A DNA stretch of 64,000 nucleotides from Octopus sinensis (lineage: Eukaryota), in contig NC_043007.1 of the NCBI RefSeq assembly GCF_006345805.1, positions 13,082,001 through 13,146,000 of the forward strand, in the 5' to 3' direction. Below, piece after piece: positions 52,803 to 64,000 of the stretch (its first letter is position 1; every line of letters starts with the position of its first letter). Position numbers and translations under genes: made by a program. The notes beneath the pieces are model-generated. The model saw only the letters and a program-made list of their open reading frames with translations. It did not search any database and was not told the origin of the DNA.

Positions 52803-54090
52803 TTTTTACTCTTTTACTTGTTTCAGCCATCCGGCTGAGGCCATGCTGGGGCACCGCCCTTGTTGCTACCCTCTCTAAGTCCAGTTTGCCGTGGCTGGCC
52901 ACTGATCTAAGAGAGAGTTTGTAGCTGCTGCCCTTAGGTTACCTTCGTACCTTGCAGTGGGTTCATCTGGGATCCCGGAAAGCAGCTTGTCTAGATGTTT
53001 TTGAAAATGTCCACATCCGCATCATGTAGATCTCTTAGTTTTTTGGCAGTTTGTTGAAAAGCTGAGGGCCCCTGAACCCCAGGCTATTACGTATCTGCTC
53101 CTTACCCTGGATGTGACGTCCTGTACGGGGTTGGAACAGCTCTCAATTCCAAAATTTGGTGCTAGTCCCTCCAGGATTTTCCATATGTATATCACTGCAT
53201 ATCTCTCTCGTCTTCGTTCCAAGGAGTACAAATTGAGTTCCCTAAGCCTCTCCCAATAGTTCTTTTCTTTCATGGTGGAAATCCTCTTGGTGAAATGTCT
53301 TTGGATTGTCTCAAGCTCTGTGGTTAGTTTGACACTATGCGGTGACCACAGTTGGGAGCAGTAGTCCAGGCGGCTATGTTCTCCATAGTGTCAACATGGT
53401 CTCGCAGTCTCTTGTCCGGAATGTCCTCAGGATCCAGCCAGTGAGTCGTCTGCACATTGTCGCCACCTTCGCGATGTGTGAAGAAAAAGATGCATCGTCA
53501 CTCATGTCTATCCCCAGGTCCCGTATTGATTTCGATACTGGGATTTCGATCCCTCCTGGACCAGTATAGTTGTGTTGTAATGTATATGTGTTTACAGCTT
53601 GATATTGTAAGGCTTGAAATTTACCAGCATTAAATTGCATGTTGTTGTCTTCAGCCCATTTGTATATGGCATCCAGATCTTGTTGTAAAAGGTCAGCATC
53701 AGCTGGGTTTTTGATTGCCTGTGCTACCTTTGTGTCATCAGCATAGCTAGTGAGGGATGTTGTTTGTGCTACCAAGGGCATGTCAGAGAGCGCCACCAAA
53801 AACAGCAAGGGTCCCAAGACTGTGCCCTGTGGCACCCCGCTTGCTATTGGTGTCTTTCCCGAGAGGGCTCCATTGGCTGCAACCATCTGGCTTCTGTCCT
53901 TCAGGAAGTCATGTATCCACTCACCTACTTTTCCTGTTATGCCGAGTCTGAGTAATTTGTGACATATCACTCCGTGGTCGACTTTGTCAAAGGCCTTCGC
54001 AAAGTCGAGATATACCACGTCCACCTGTGAGCGATCCAGTAGTTGTTTCAGTACCCAGTCGTAGTGTTGTAACAGCTGCGTAAGGCAGCT
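52803..54090 (-). mobile_element. 5'-truncated CR1-clade LINE (RT domain, C-terminus and 3' UTR), frameshifted
   Basis: The translation [54 protein letters not shown] continues after a frameshift as YCSQLWSP..ELETIQRHFTKRI..YWERLRELNLYSLERRRER..RAAATNSLLDQW. It is followed by a short 3' UTR with a stem-loop and a GTAAAAGA repeat tail. Confidence 0.93.
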
Positions 54091-54180
54091 TCATATATAT
54101 ATGAGTATATTTTCAATATATATATATATATTGTATTCATTCATATATATATATATATGTATTCATTCATATATATATAT

Positions 54181-54219
<39 letters not shown>

Positions 54220-54335
54220 TCATTCATATATATATATATATAATATATGTATTCATTCATATATATATATATATATATATATATGTATTCATTCATATAT
54301 ATATATATATATATTATCATTCATACATATATATA

Positions 54336-54367
<32 letters not shown>

Positions 54368-54374
54368 GTATTCA

Positions 54375-54418
<44 letters not shown>

Positions 54419-54585
54419 TCATTCATATATATATATATATATAATATATATATAATATGTATATTCATATATATATATATATATATATGGATTCATTCAT
54501 ACATATATATATATATATATATGTATTCATTCAATATATATATATATATTATATATATGTATTCATTCATATATATATATATATA

Positions 54586-54785
54586 AGGGAAGCTTTATGA
54601 AAATAAACAAAAGACGAAGGCAGGTGGAAAACAAACGAACAATGTATAGTATGGCGGCTCAGGAAATATAAATAAAACAAGTCTTTAACGTTCGAGCCTA
54701 CGCTCTTCAACGAAAGATACACAGAGAGAGAAAAACACAAAGAAGGAGAGAAAAAAAATGCGTGCAGTAGTAACGAATCAACATA
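54586..54785 (-). mobile_element. Short Penelope-like element (second copy) inside a TA-based minisatellite
   Basis: GGGAAGCTTTATGAAAAT..CAAAAGACGAAGGCAGGTGG..AACGAATCAACAT is shared with 31598-31805. Confidence 0.65.
54682..54717 (-). ncRNA. Degenerate copy of the CUGUUGA hammerhead-like motif
   Basis: Same motif as 31694-31731 but with single-base deletions in both core strands (C-GTTGA and GAAC), which could be decay or sequencing error. Confidence 0.4.
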
Positions 54786-55062
54786 TATGTATGTATTCAT
54801 ACATAGATATATATGTATTCATCATACATCATAGAATATATATATATGTATTCATTCATACATACATATATATATATATATGTATCATTCATACATACAT
54901 ATATATATATATGTATTCATTCATACATACATATATATATATATATATGTATTCATTCATCATACATATATATATATATATATATATGTATTCATACATA
55001 ACAGGCACGTGTGTTTAAAAAGATTAATCTAATACATACATATATATATATATGTATTCATT

Positions 55063-55093
<31 letters not shown>

Positions 55094-56463
55094 GTGTATT
55101 CATTCATACATACATATATATTATATATATAGTATTCATTCATACATACATATATATATATATATATATCATTCATATATATATATATATATATATATTT
55201 ATTCATTCATAATATATTATATATATATATATGTATTCATTCATATATATATATATATATATATATGTATTCATTCATATATATATATATAATATATGAT
55301 TCATTCATATATATATATAATATGTATTCATTCATATATATATATATATATATATGTATTCATTCATATATATATATATATATAGATATCATATATATAT
55401 ATCATATATATATATATATATGTATTCATATATATATATATGTATCATTCATATATATATATATGTATTCATACATTAACCAAGAGCACGTGTGTTTAAA
55501 AAGATTAATCGAAAGTACTCGAACACACTAGTAAAAAGAAACTTCTTCTCAAGAAGGTTAGTAGCATCCTGATAAAAGATTTTGTAACTTTAAAGAAAAA
55601 GTTTTTTTTTTTTAGAAATCCTCCTTTATACTGAAAAACTTAAGGACGACTATGTTAGGTTATTGTGCTAAAGTAAGTCTACCACACAAGTAGCCTATGC
55701 TGGGATTTGAACTCAAAGAGTTGAAACAAAATCAGCGAGACATCTGGTTCAACACCCTTACAGTCCCGCTAATCCAACGTCCTGGATTAGTGATTTCCTT
55801 TTCGATCCCGAAAGGATGAAACCCAATGTTGACCCCGGCGAGATTGAATTTGGAGAAAATGCCGTAAATCATTCTGTATGATAATCTGACCACTCGGTCA
55901 TCTTAGCGTGGAGTGAATCCTGATCTTGTGGCTTGGGCGACAACTCTGAACATACTTCCGCCTAATTACACTTCATCAGCAAAGCTTTACAAATACACTG
56001 CCAGATCTTAATTCTAAAGAACACCCAGAATCTAACAGGACTAGAAGTTGATGAGTTTCAAATGTGATAGGCGAATATTTTCTTAGGAAACTTTCAGATT
56101 TTTAGAATTAGAAATTCCACTCTGGGAGATAAAAAAAATAGAGAAAGAGAGAAAAAAATGTAGGAAACCTTTTCGACTCGGTTTTGAAATCTCTAAATCT
56201 CATGATTAAAGGTTTAATCAGTTGCTTACCATAACACTAGATACTGATCTTGCTACCTTCCATGTAGATTTTAAAAATATTTTTATTTATTTATTTGTAA
56301 TTATTTTACATATTCCAAATTTTCAAGACTTTTCTTCTTCGATATATTTTGGTGATTACACGTCAACGTTTCTCTGTGTATGTGTTCCGTCACGTGAATC
56401 ATCGATATACTTATTAAGTTTCGTACCTCTGCCTCTCTTCTTACCTCACATTCTTTGTTACCA

Positions 56464-56494
<31 letters not shown>

Positions 56495-56538
56495 TTCTCT
56501 CCCTCCATATCTTTTCTGTGACTGGTAATGGATATAAA

Positions 56539-56752
56539 GGCGGCGAGCTGGCAGAAACGTTAGCACGCCGGGCGAATTGCTTAGCGGTATGTCGTCTGCC
56601 GTTACGTTTTGAGTTCAAATTCCGCCGAAGTCGACTTTGCCTTTCATCCTTTCGGGGTCGATAAATTAAGTACCAGTTACGCACCGGGGTCGTTTGTCTG
56701 TCCTTGTTTGTCCCCTCTCTGTGTTTAGCCCCTTGTGGGTAGTAAAGAAATA
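56539..56752 (+). mobile_element. SINE-A, one-unit form, 15-bp TSD
   Basis: TSD GGT(A/C)ATGGATATAAA at 56524-56538 and 56753-56767. Confidence 0.92.
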
Positions 56753-57244
56753 GGTCATGGATATAAACATTATTTTCAATTTTATTTGCCCCAAGCATTT
56801 TGTACGAACTGGAATATATATTTTTCAGCGCTCTTCAATGAAAAAGGTAGATATATATTGCTAAAATAGAGAATCCAATCATCATCATCACTACTATTAT
56901 TATTACCTTTGCTGCCGTTGGTATATGTATAGGTTTAGAGTTATGAAACTACGTTTGGGGAATTATTTATCACTGGAATATATATTCTGTTACAAATTGA
57001 AAAATTTCAATAGACTTAGCAAAGGGATTTGTCTCCAAATCAAGCTATTCATGAATTACATTCGTAATTCATACTTTGAGTGTGTCTTCGAATGGTTTTT
57101 TATGTCGATTCCAAACCCTTGAAATTATGCAAAGAGTTTATCGCTTCTTTAGATCGCTGAAATATTATTTTTTATTAATTTAATCAATTTTCAATCTTTA
57201 ACCCTATAGCATTCAGAGTATTCTGTCAAATGTAATGCTTATTT

Positions 57245-57625
57245 CGGAGGCACAATGGCCCAGTGGTTAGGGCAGCGGACTCGCGGTCGTAGGATCGCGG
57301 TTTCGATTCCCAGGCCAGGCGTTGTGAGTGTTTACTGAGCGAAAACACCTAAAGCTCCACGAGGCTTCGGCAGGGGATGGTGGCGAACCCTGCTGTATTC
57401 TTTCACCACAACTTTCTCTCACTCTTTCTTCCGGTTTCTCTTGTACCTGTATTTCCATGGGTCAGCCTTGTCACATTCTGTGTAACGCTGAATCTCCCCG
57501 AGATCTATGTTAAGGGTACACGTGTCTGTGGAGCGCTCTGCCACTTGCACGTTAATTTCACGAGCAGGCCGGTCCGTTAATCGGATCAACTGAAACCCTC
57601 GTCGTCGTAACCGACGGAGTACCAC
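57245..57625 (+). mobile_element. SINE-C1
   Basis: Same head, middle and tail X. Confidence 0.9.
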
Positions 57626-58404
57626 GAATGCTTTGCTTATTTATTCTCATCGTTTTGAATTAATCATGCATTATCTTGTAGCGTCACGATTTTGAAGATG
57701 TGACTGTTTTATATTTAGATCAACATTGTAGAGTAGATGTTAGAGGTGTTGACCGGTCGATCTGATCATAAAACACGTAGAATACTTTGACTGGATATAG
57801 CCAGTTTAAATGCCGAGGGTTAAAACTCTAAATATACTTCACTATCTTCAAAAACTATTCTATCTGAACTAGAGCATCTGTAAATCCCAACACTTACCTC
57901 ACAAAACGAAAACCCCTCTGATCTTGGGCCACACGTCTTCTGTACTGTCGACTCATAGATTCCATCCCAACTTCATTTTAAAAGAATTCAGTGTTTTTCT
58001 TTATACCGGAAATCTGTTCCTAATGTTTGCAGTAGAGGTGACTCCGCGGAAAGCACCCAAGGTGTTGGTGGGGGGTAAACTGCTGACGAATTATATCTGC
58101 CACTCAAGTGAATCATGGTGGGATTTTAAATCAAAAGATTGGAACAAATACCGCAAGGTATCCAGTCCGACATTCTTACACTCCCGTCAATTCATCGTCA
58201 TTGCCTTGGATTAGTGTTTTTTTTTTTTTTTATTATCGACCCCGAAAGGATGAAAAAAATTAAAGTTGATCCCGACTGGATTTAAACTCATAAAGCAGTG
58301 AGTCCGTACATATATCGTGAAGCATAATGTATAGTCAAGCTCTAACGACTCGGTCACTTAAGAGTGGAGAGTAAATCCTGTTCCTGCAATATTGGCGACA
58401 ATTT

Positions 58405-58808
58405 ATTCTCTTTTACTCTTTTACTTGTTTCAGTCATTTGACTGTGGCCATGCTGGAGCACTGCCTTTAGTCGAGCAAATCGACCCCAGGACTTATTCTT
58501 TGTAAGCCTAGTTCTTATTCTATCGGTCCCTTTTGCCGAATCGCTAAGTTACGGGGACGTAAATACACCAGCATCGGTTGTCAAGCGATGTTGGTGGGAC
58601 AAACACAGACACACAAACGTATGCATACACATATATATACATATATACGACGGGCTTCTTTCAGTTTCCGTCTTCCAAATCCACTCACAAGGCTTTGGTC
58701 GGCCCAAGGCTATAGTAGAAGACACTTGCCCAAGATGCCTCGCAGTGGGACTAAACCCGGAACCATGTGGTTCGTAAGCAAGCTACTTACCACACAGCCA
58801 CTCCTACA
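58405..58808 (-). mobile_element. SINE-B, full length
   Basis: Tail CTCTTTTACTCTTTTACTTGTTTCAGTCATTTGACTG through head CCACACAGCCACTCCT. Confidence 0.92.
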
Positions 58809-59594
58809 TATTTTATTATTACGACACACTTCATCAGTGAAGCCTAACCAGTACTTTATCAGATATTAATTCTAAAGAGCATCCAAATTCTTTAGAATTT
58901 GCATCTTTGTTTCCTGCCAACCGCACTCTCCTACTTTAGACATAATTAGCATTTAAGAAATTCTTCTAGTATACATGTTGGCTTACCTTGTTTTGGGCCC
59001 TCGACTCATTGAAGGAGTTTTTAGGGTTTTGTCGTGACATACGGCGTGGTTATGGACACTTCTAGTCCCGGGAGGAGCCTATCCATCTCAAGATCTGACG
59101 CAGCTGATTTCTTCCAGGAAGGCAGACAAACAGAAAATAGAATGAGAGCAAGAGCAGAATAGTCTCTAGTGTGTGATTGGTACATTGTTATCGACTCCAG
59201 AAGGATGGAAAGTATAACTGACCTCGGTAAGATTTGAATTCAGAACGTAAAAAAAAAACAATGGAAATCACCAAGCAGTCAACCTGACGCTCAAACAACT
59301 CCGCTAGTTGGTCGCCTTAATATGCAACTAATACACAGCCCAAGCAACAGCAACACTCCTCCCCCTCTCTCTCCTATCTGTCTATCTTTCTGTCTGTCTC
59401 TTCCTGAAGGACCCGAAACATTAAATTCTTCATTCTTCACAGTAGTGAACTTCAGATGATTCATTGTTGCCTTCGGATTCCAATTTTTATTTTGGAAGTA
59501 GCATATGCCAAAATTGACATGTAGCATGCGATATATAGCATATAGTATAGCTAATAGTGTTGATTTGTAATATGTAGTATGTCACATTTGGCAT

Positions 59595-59830
59595 GCATCA
59601 TCATCATCATCACCATCGTCATCCTTTAACGTCCCTTTTTATCTGTGGGTTGGATGGTTCGACAGGAGCCAGAAGGCTGCGCCGAGCACCAGTGACGTGG
59701 TTTCTACAGCTGGATGCTCTTCCTAACACCAACTACATCAAAAAGTGTACTGGGTGCTTTTTTCGTAACACCAGCACGAGTGGGGCTCACCAAGTGCCTG
59801 CAAGACAAGACCCATTAACAGGGCAGGGTG
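59595..59830 (-). mobile_element. Degenerate SINE or RTE-type 3' fragment with (GAT)n tail
   Basis: (CAT)n followed by TTTAACGTCC..GGGTTGGATGGTT..GCTGGATGCTCTTCCTAACACCAAC, a recurrent retroposon tail pattern. Family not assigned. Confidence 0.5.
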
Positions 59831-59879
59831 TAGTATTGAGGGATAGGAACGTATGATAGAAGGACAGAAACAAGTGTCT

Positions 59880-60060
59880 GAAATTTTGGGGGAGGGAACG
59901 AATCAATTACGTCGATCCCACTGTTTCAGTGGTACTTAATTTATCGACTCCGAAAGAATGAAAAGGAAAGTCGACTTCGGCGGCATTTGAACTCAGAACT
60001 TATGGACGGACGAAATTCTGCTAAGTATTTCGCCCGGCGTGCTAACGATTCTGCCAGTCC
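59880..60060 (-). mobile_element. SINE-A, short form, about 190 bp downstream of the PABP-like stop codon
   Basis: Reverse complement of the head (CTGGCAGAATCGTTAGCACGCCGGGCG), B box and core. Confidence 0.85.
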
Positions 60061-60245
60061 CACAATCTGATAATAATGGTACGAACATAATCGAACAATA
60101 ATCAATAACAAGACAACAAAAATGGTAGAAAATTACATGATGATGTCTATTATTATAATATTCGAGTGTCGATTGCGTGTGTCGTTGTTATCCAAAGCGA
60201 TGAGAATCCTGATCGTTATTGTTTATACCTTTTTCGCAGTTGGTG

Positions 60246-61439
60246 TCAAAAACATAATTGAGTTGGTTTAGAATGGAGTTTCTGGAGTAAACTGTTCGAT
60301 AACTGTGCCTTGCGTTCTTCTTTACTTAAAGCCAATGAAACGTACAGCTTCTTCGAGTTGAGTATTTTGCCATTCATCGCCCTCGCAGCTTTCGTTGCAT
60401 CTTCTGGTGTAGAAAAACTCACAAATCCGAATCCGTTCGATCGACCGTTCTGAGTCATAACTTTTGCACAATCAATTTTACCGAATTTGGCAAAGTAATT
60501 CTTTAAAAGTACATCATCAATGTTTGCGTCCAGGTTTTTTACATATACAATAATGCTGTCCGTGCTTTCAGTTTCAATTTTATTTTGTGATCCCTTTAAA
60601 GTGTGGCATTTGTCCTTGATAGCCAGCAGTCTCTCTAGTTTTGTTTGTGCACGTCCAACGTACAGTTCTTTACCATTAATCTCAACACCGTTCATTTCTC
60701 TCACAGCTTTCTCGGCATCTTGACTGTCCGTGAAGTTTACAAATCCAAACCCTTTCGACTTACCAGAATTGTCTGCCATTACTTTGGCACTAACTATGGC
60801 GCCGTATTTTTCAAACAGTTTGCGAAGGGACTCATCGTTGAGCTTATCGCTAAAGTTTTTAATGTATATATTTGTAAATCCTCTATATGCCTTATTTCGA
60901 TTCCTTTCTCGGTGGGGCACAAATTTACCAACGAATACTTTCTTACCGTTCAGTAACATCCCGTTTGTCTTCTCAATGCAATTTCGCGCATCTTCTTCAC
61001 TCTCAAAGTGCACGAACCCGTATCCTTTTGAACCGTTCTCATCCGATACAATCTTACTGGATAGAATGTCACCGAATAAAGAGAAGGTGTCGTACAAAGC
61101 TCTGTTATCGATGTCTTTATCCAGGTTTTTAATAAATACGTTTCCTAGTCCAGATTTACGAAGGGATGGATCTCTTTGCCATTGCATTATTCTAAGGGGA
61201 CGTCCCATGAAATTCGCGAAATTCATCCTTTCCATAGCTAATTTGGCATCTGAATCTGACTGGAAATTAATGTAGGCGTATCCAAGAGATCGCCTTTTAA
61301 CCATGTCTCGACACACTCGGATTGAAATGATAGTTCCACAAGTCGAGAACTTCTCGTATAGCATTTTTTCCGTAACATCGGGATGAAGATCTCCTACATA
61401 TAAGGAAGCCACTGGTAAAACTTCTGCTGCAATACTCAT
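60246..61439 (-). CDS. Cytoplasmic polyadenylate-binding protein-like, intronless, 4 RRMs, no MLLE/PABC domain (probable retrogene)
   Basis: 397-aa open ORF with PABPC signatures: [100 protein letters not shown]. The start context is GCCATG. The ORF ends about 25 aa after RRM4. PABPC1-like, but the exact ortholog cannot be assigned. Confidence 0.93.
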   Translation of the reverse strand: MSIAAEVLPVASLYVGDLHPDVTEKMLYEKFSTCGTIISIRVCRDMVKRRSLGYAYINFQSDSDAKLAMERMNFANFMGRPLRIMQWQRDPSLRKSGLGNVFIKNLDKDIDNRALYDTFSLFGDILSSKIVSDENGSKGYGFVHFESEEDARNCIEKTNGMLLNGKKVFVGKFVPHRERNRNKAYRGFTNIYIKNFSDKLNDESLRKLFEKYGAIVSAKVMADNSGKSKGFGFVNFTDSQDAEKAVREMNGVEINGKELYVGRAQTKLERLLAIKDKCHTLKGSQNKIETESTDSIIVYVKNLDANIDDVLLKNYFAKFGKIDCAKVMTQNGRSNGFGFVSFSTPEDATKAARAMNGKILNSKKLYVSLALSKEERKAQLSNSLLQKLHSKPTQLCF

Positions 61440-61485
61440 GGCAAGTGATTCTTGGTGTATTCTTTCTTATTTAACTCTGTGTGCG

Positions 61486-61505
61486 TTTTTTTTTTTTTTT
61501 TTTTT
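61486..61505 (-). promoter_or_regulatory. A20 tract in the presumed 5' UTR of the PABP-like gene (candidate autoregulatory A-rich element)
   Basis: 20 T on the plus strand, starting 47 nt from the ATG. PABPC1 mRNAs are known to carry A-rich autoregulatory 5' UTR elements. Inclusion in the transcript is not shown. Confidence 0.4.
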
Positions 61506-62321
61506 AACTTATCTTCTTCGACAATCCCTATTCCGTATACGAGATGTGCGGTCGATTTAAAAAATAGAATCCATGTTTCTGATTATATGTAGCATTTTTT
61601 CCCTATAATTTCGGTTGAGACTCACTACTAGTCTTTGAAACTGTTGACTCGGCGTTTTGTGTATTTCATATGAAAAGTTTTGAAAAAACATACACACAAG
61701 CAAACAAACACAAAATCATTTGAAAGATAACTGCGTCATTTCTCGTGTGTTGCACATTCTCTGGCGACCGGAAATGACTTTCTTGAATAAATTGGATTTC
61801 TTATTTACATACAATTGCGTAGATACGAAAATAACATTCTTTAAATATTCCATTTTGTCTTCATTTGATAAAAGTTCACGAAAATGAACAAGCAACTCTA
61901 TAATAATGTGGAAATCTTTCAAAAAGAGAAAGAAAAAAAAAAAGAAAATTTTTTTGAATATCAAGAAATCTATGCATTAGAAAACTGGTGTAGAATTATT
62001 TATTTTAGATTCAGTTCGAATGCAAGAAGAATGAAGATATATTTATGGTCAAATTACCATTCTGTCATTTCCATTAATCTTTTCATTTTCTTTTCTGTAT
62101 ATCATGATAAATATAAAATATATGTGTTGGAGTATGTGTCTAAACACACACACACACAAAACAAAAAGAAATAAACAAAGGGATTAAGATGGATGTTAAG
62201 CTTACGATCGCAAAGCCGTAGGTTCGAAATCTCGAACTGGGCGACGCGCTATATTCTTGAACAAGGCACTTCAATTCCGCTCAGCTGAAAAATGAGTCCC
62301 GCCCTAGTACTGGTGTAACCC

Positions 62322-62358
<37 letters not shown>

Positions 62359-62627
62359 GAATCAAGGTTTGGAGGGTTGAGTAGGTGTCGGGTTTTGCTC
62401 GCGCCTAATGAACACCGAAATTTATTAATGAAAGCATGGTATTTGCTATCAAGCCCTACTCTTGAGTGATGGCTTTAGTAGTGATGGATTTCCGTTTGAC
62501 AATGAGGATTTCGTTGTACAATAAAATGAATTTTCTAGCCCTCGACTAACGTGTATGTTGTTGAGTATTCCACAGACACCGGCAAGGGAACCTGCTTGCG
62601 AAGACCTCAACAGGTCTTCGCAAGCAG

Positions 62628-63140
62628 AGTTTTGTGTCCAAAGAAGGAAAAGGTACGCATAAGTGGGTTGGTTACACCTCTGGAATATCCACGAGGTTAT
62701 GGGCTCACTTGGCTTACCGGGTCTTCTCAAGCACAGCATATTTCCAAAGGTCTCGGTCACTAGTCATAACCTCAGTGAGGCCTAATGTTCGAAGGTCATG
62801 CTTCTCCACCTCATCCCAGGTCTTCCTGGGTCTACCTCTTCCACAGGTTTCCTCAACCGCTAGGGTGTGGCACTTTTTCACATAGCCATCCTCATCCATT
62901 CTCGACACATGACCATATCAGCGCAGTCGTCTCTCTTGCACACCACATCTGATGCTTATTAGGTCCAACTTTTCTCTCAAGGTACTTACACTCTGTCATA
63001 TATGCACACTGACGTTACACAGCCATCGGCTTCATTCCTTGCGAGCTTACGCATGTCCTCAGCAGTCACGGCCTATGTTTCACTGCCCATGTAGCATGGC
63101 TATTCGCACACATGCGTCATACAGTCTACCTTTTACACTG
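62628..63140 (-). mobile_element. Degenerate RTE (BovB-like) LINE 3' fragment
   Basis: KGRLYDACVR..MLHGSET*..RRLR*YGHVSRMDED..CGRGRPRKTWDEV..DRDLW, the typical RTE C-terminal GRP and DR..W motifs, with stops. Confidence 0.85.
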
Positions 63141-63420
63141 AGCGAGTATATATGCTTACGCACACATACGCACAACCAAAAGGATCACACAATGTAATAT
63201 ATCATCTTCTTCATTTTCTCATACCCATCCTCCTTTTTCCGTGTCTCGCCACCACTTCTAGCTACTTAGCTTCTTTAATTCAATTACTTTTCTTCAAACT
63301 TCCATATTATAAAAGTAAAACAATATATAAAAAAGAAACAACAAAAGACAACCAAAAAAACTCTAAAGTTATTTTTGACGTATTTATGAGTTATTTTCTG
63401 TAAAATTACATTTGAGCGTG

Positions 63421-63456
<36 letters not shown>

Positions 63457-64000
63457 TTTGTCCATAGACTCACATTTAAAAAGCTATTTTGTATTAGTAG
63501 CTAAGATTTCTCTTTTTTATATTTTCGCTGATATTATTTGACGGAGGTGGCGCAAGTTATGCGTCATTAAGGGTTGTGCTGGCGAGGAGGATCACGATGG
63601 TTTTATTGAGTGGGGTTACATGAATGAAGTTTGAGAAATGAGCTAGAAAAACAGAAAGGGCAAGAAAAAAAAAATGTCTGAACACATGACGTGGAAGATC
63701 AGACATATTGAAGGGAAGAGAAATGAGTTTTTAAGCGGAAACAGTTGGTGAGAAGAATGAGATGTGATTCATTTACAGCGGATTAAGTGTTAGTTAATAA
63801 CGTATTATATATAGAAATGGTGGTATATGGTGGTATATTGCTCACTTGCTGGAAGCAGCTCATAGAAACAGAGTTGCTTTTTACATTCAATTACACGTAT
63901 CGTACAAAAGAAAACGTACTTAATAGCTTGCGTTATAGCTGATTGCCTTGCAAGATCAGCGTTGACACAACGTGTGAGCTTTCTTTAGAACAATTCGATG

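Larger units (their letters stand above)
54095..55470. repeat. Minisatellite GTATTCATTCAT(AC)-(AT)n
   Basis: Dozens of anchored units, interrupted by the Penelope-like element at 54586-54785. Confidence 0.92.

Overview
AT-rich, gene-poor animal DNA. The repeat families suggest octopus or another cephalopod, but this is from recall and was not verified. One intact protein-coding ORF was found: an intronless cytoplasmic poly(A)-binding-protein-like gene (60246-61439, minus strand). It has four RRMs, no C-terminal MLLE/PABC domain, and an A20 tract about 46 nt upstream of its ATG. The rest is repetitive. tRNA-derived SINEs fall into several modular groups, labelled here SINE-A, SINE-B (CORE-like), SINE-C1/C2 and SINE-V. 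There are also dead LINE fragments (two RTE, one CR1-like), Penelope-like short elements, three non-autonomous Helitrons, TIR elements and MITEs, a Tc1 transposase remnant, and large micro/minisatellites. A 100-N gap is flanked by a ~2 kb duplicate that is probably an assembly artefact. Main observations: (1) six minimal type I hammerhead ribozyme motifs, including an identical pair and a family with a fixed CUGUUGA core variant; (2) the CR1-like LINE and SINE-B share a 3' tail with a compensatory base-pair change, suggesting a LINE-SINE partnership; (3) seven SINE-A target-site duplications each begin with the bases the SINE itself would continue with, suggesting target-primed internal truncation; (4) a 7-unit tandem array of SINE heads; (5) an RTE nested in a near-perfect inverted repeat. 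Repeat boundaries were read by eye and are approximate unless tied to a TSD or motif.
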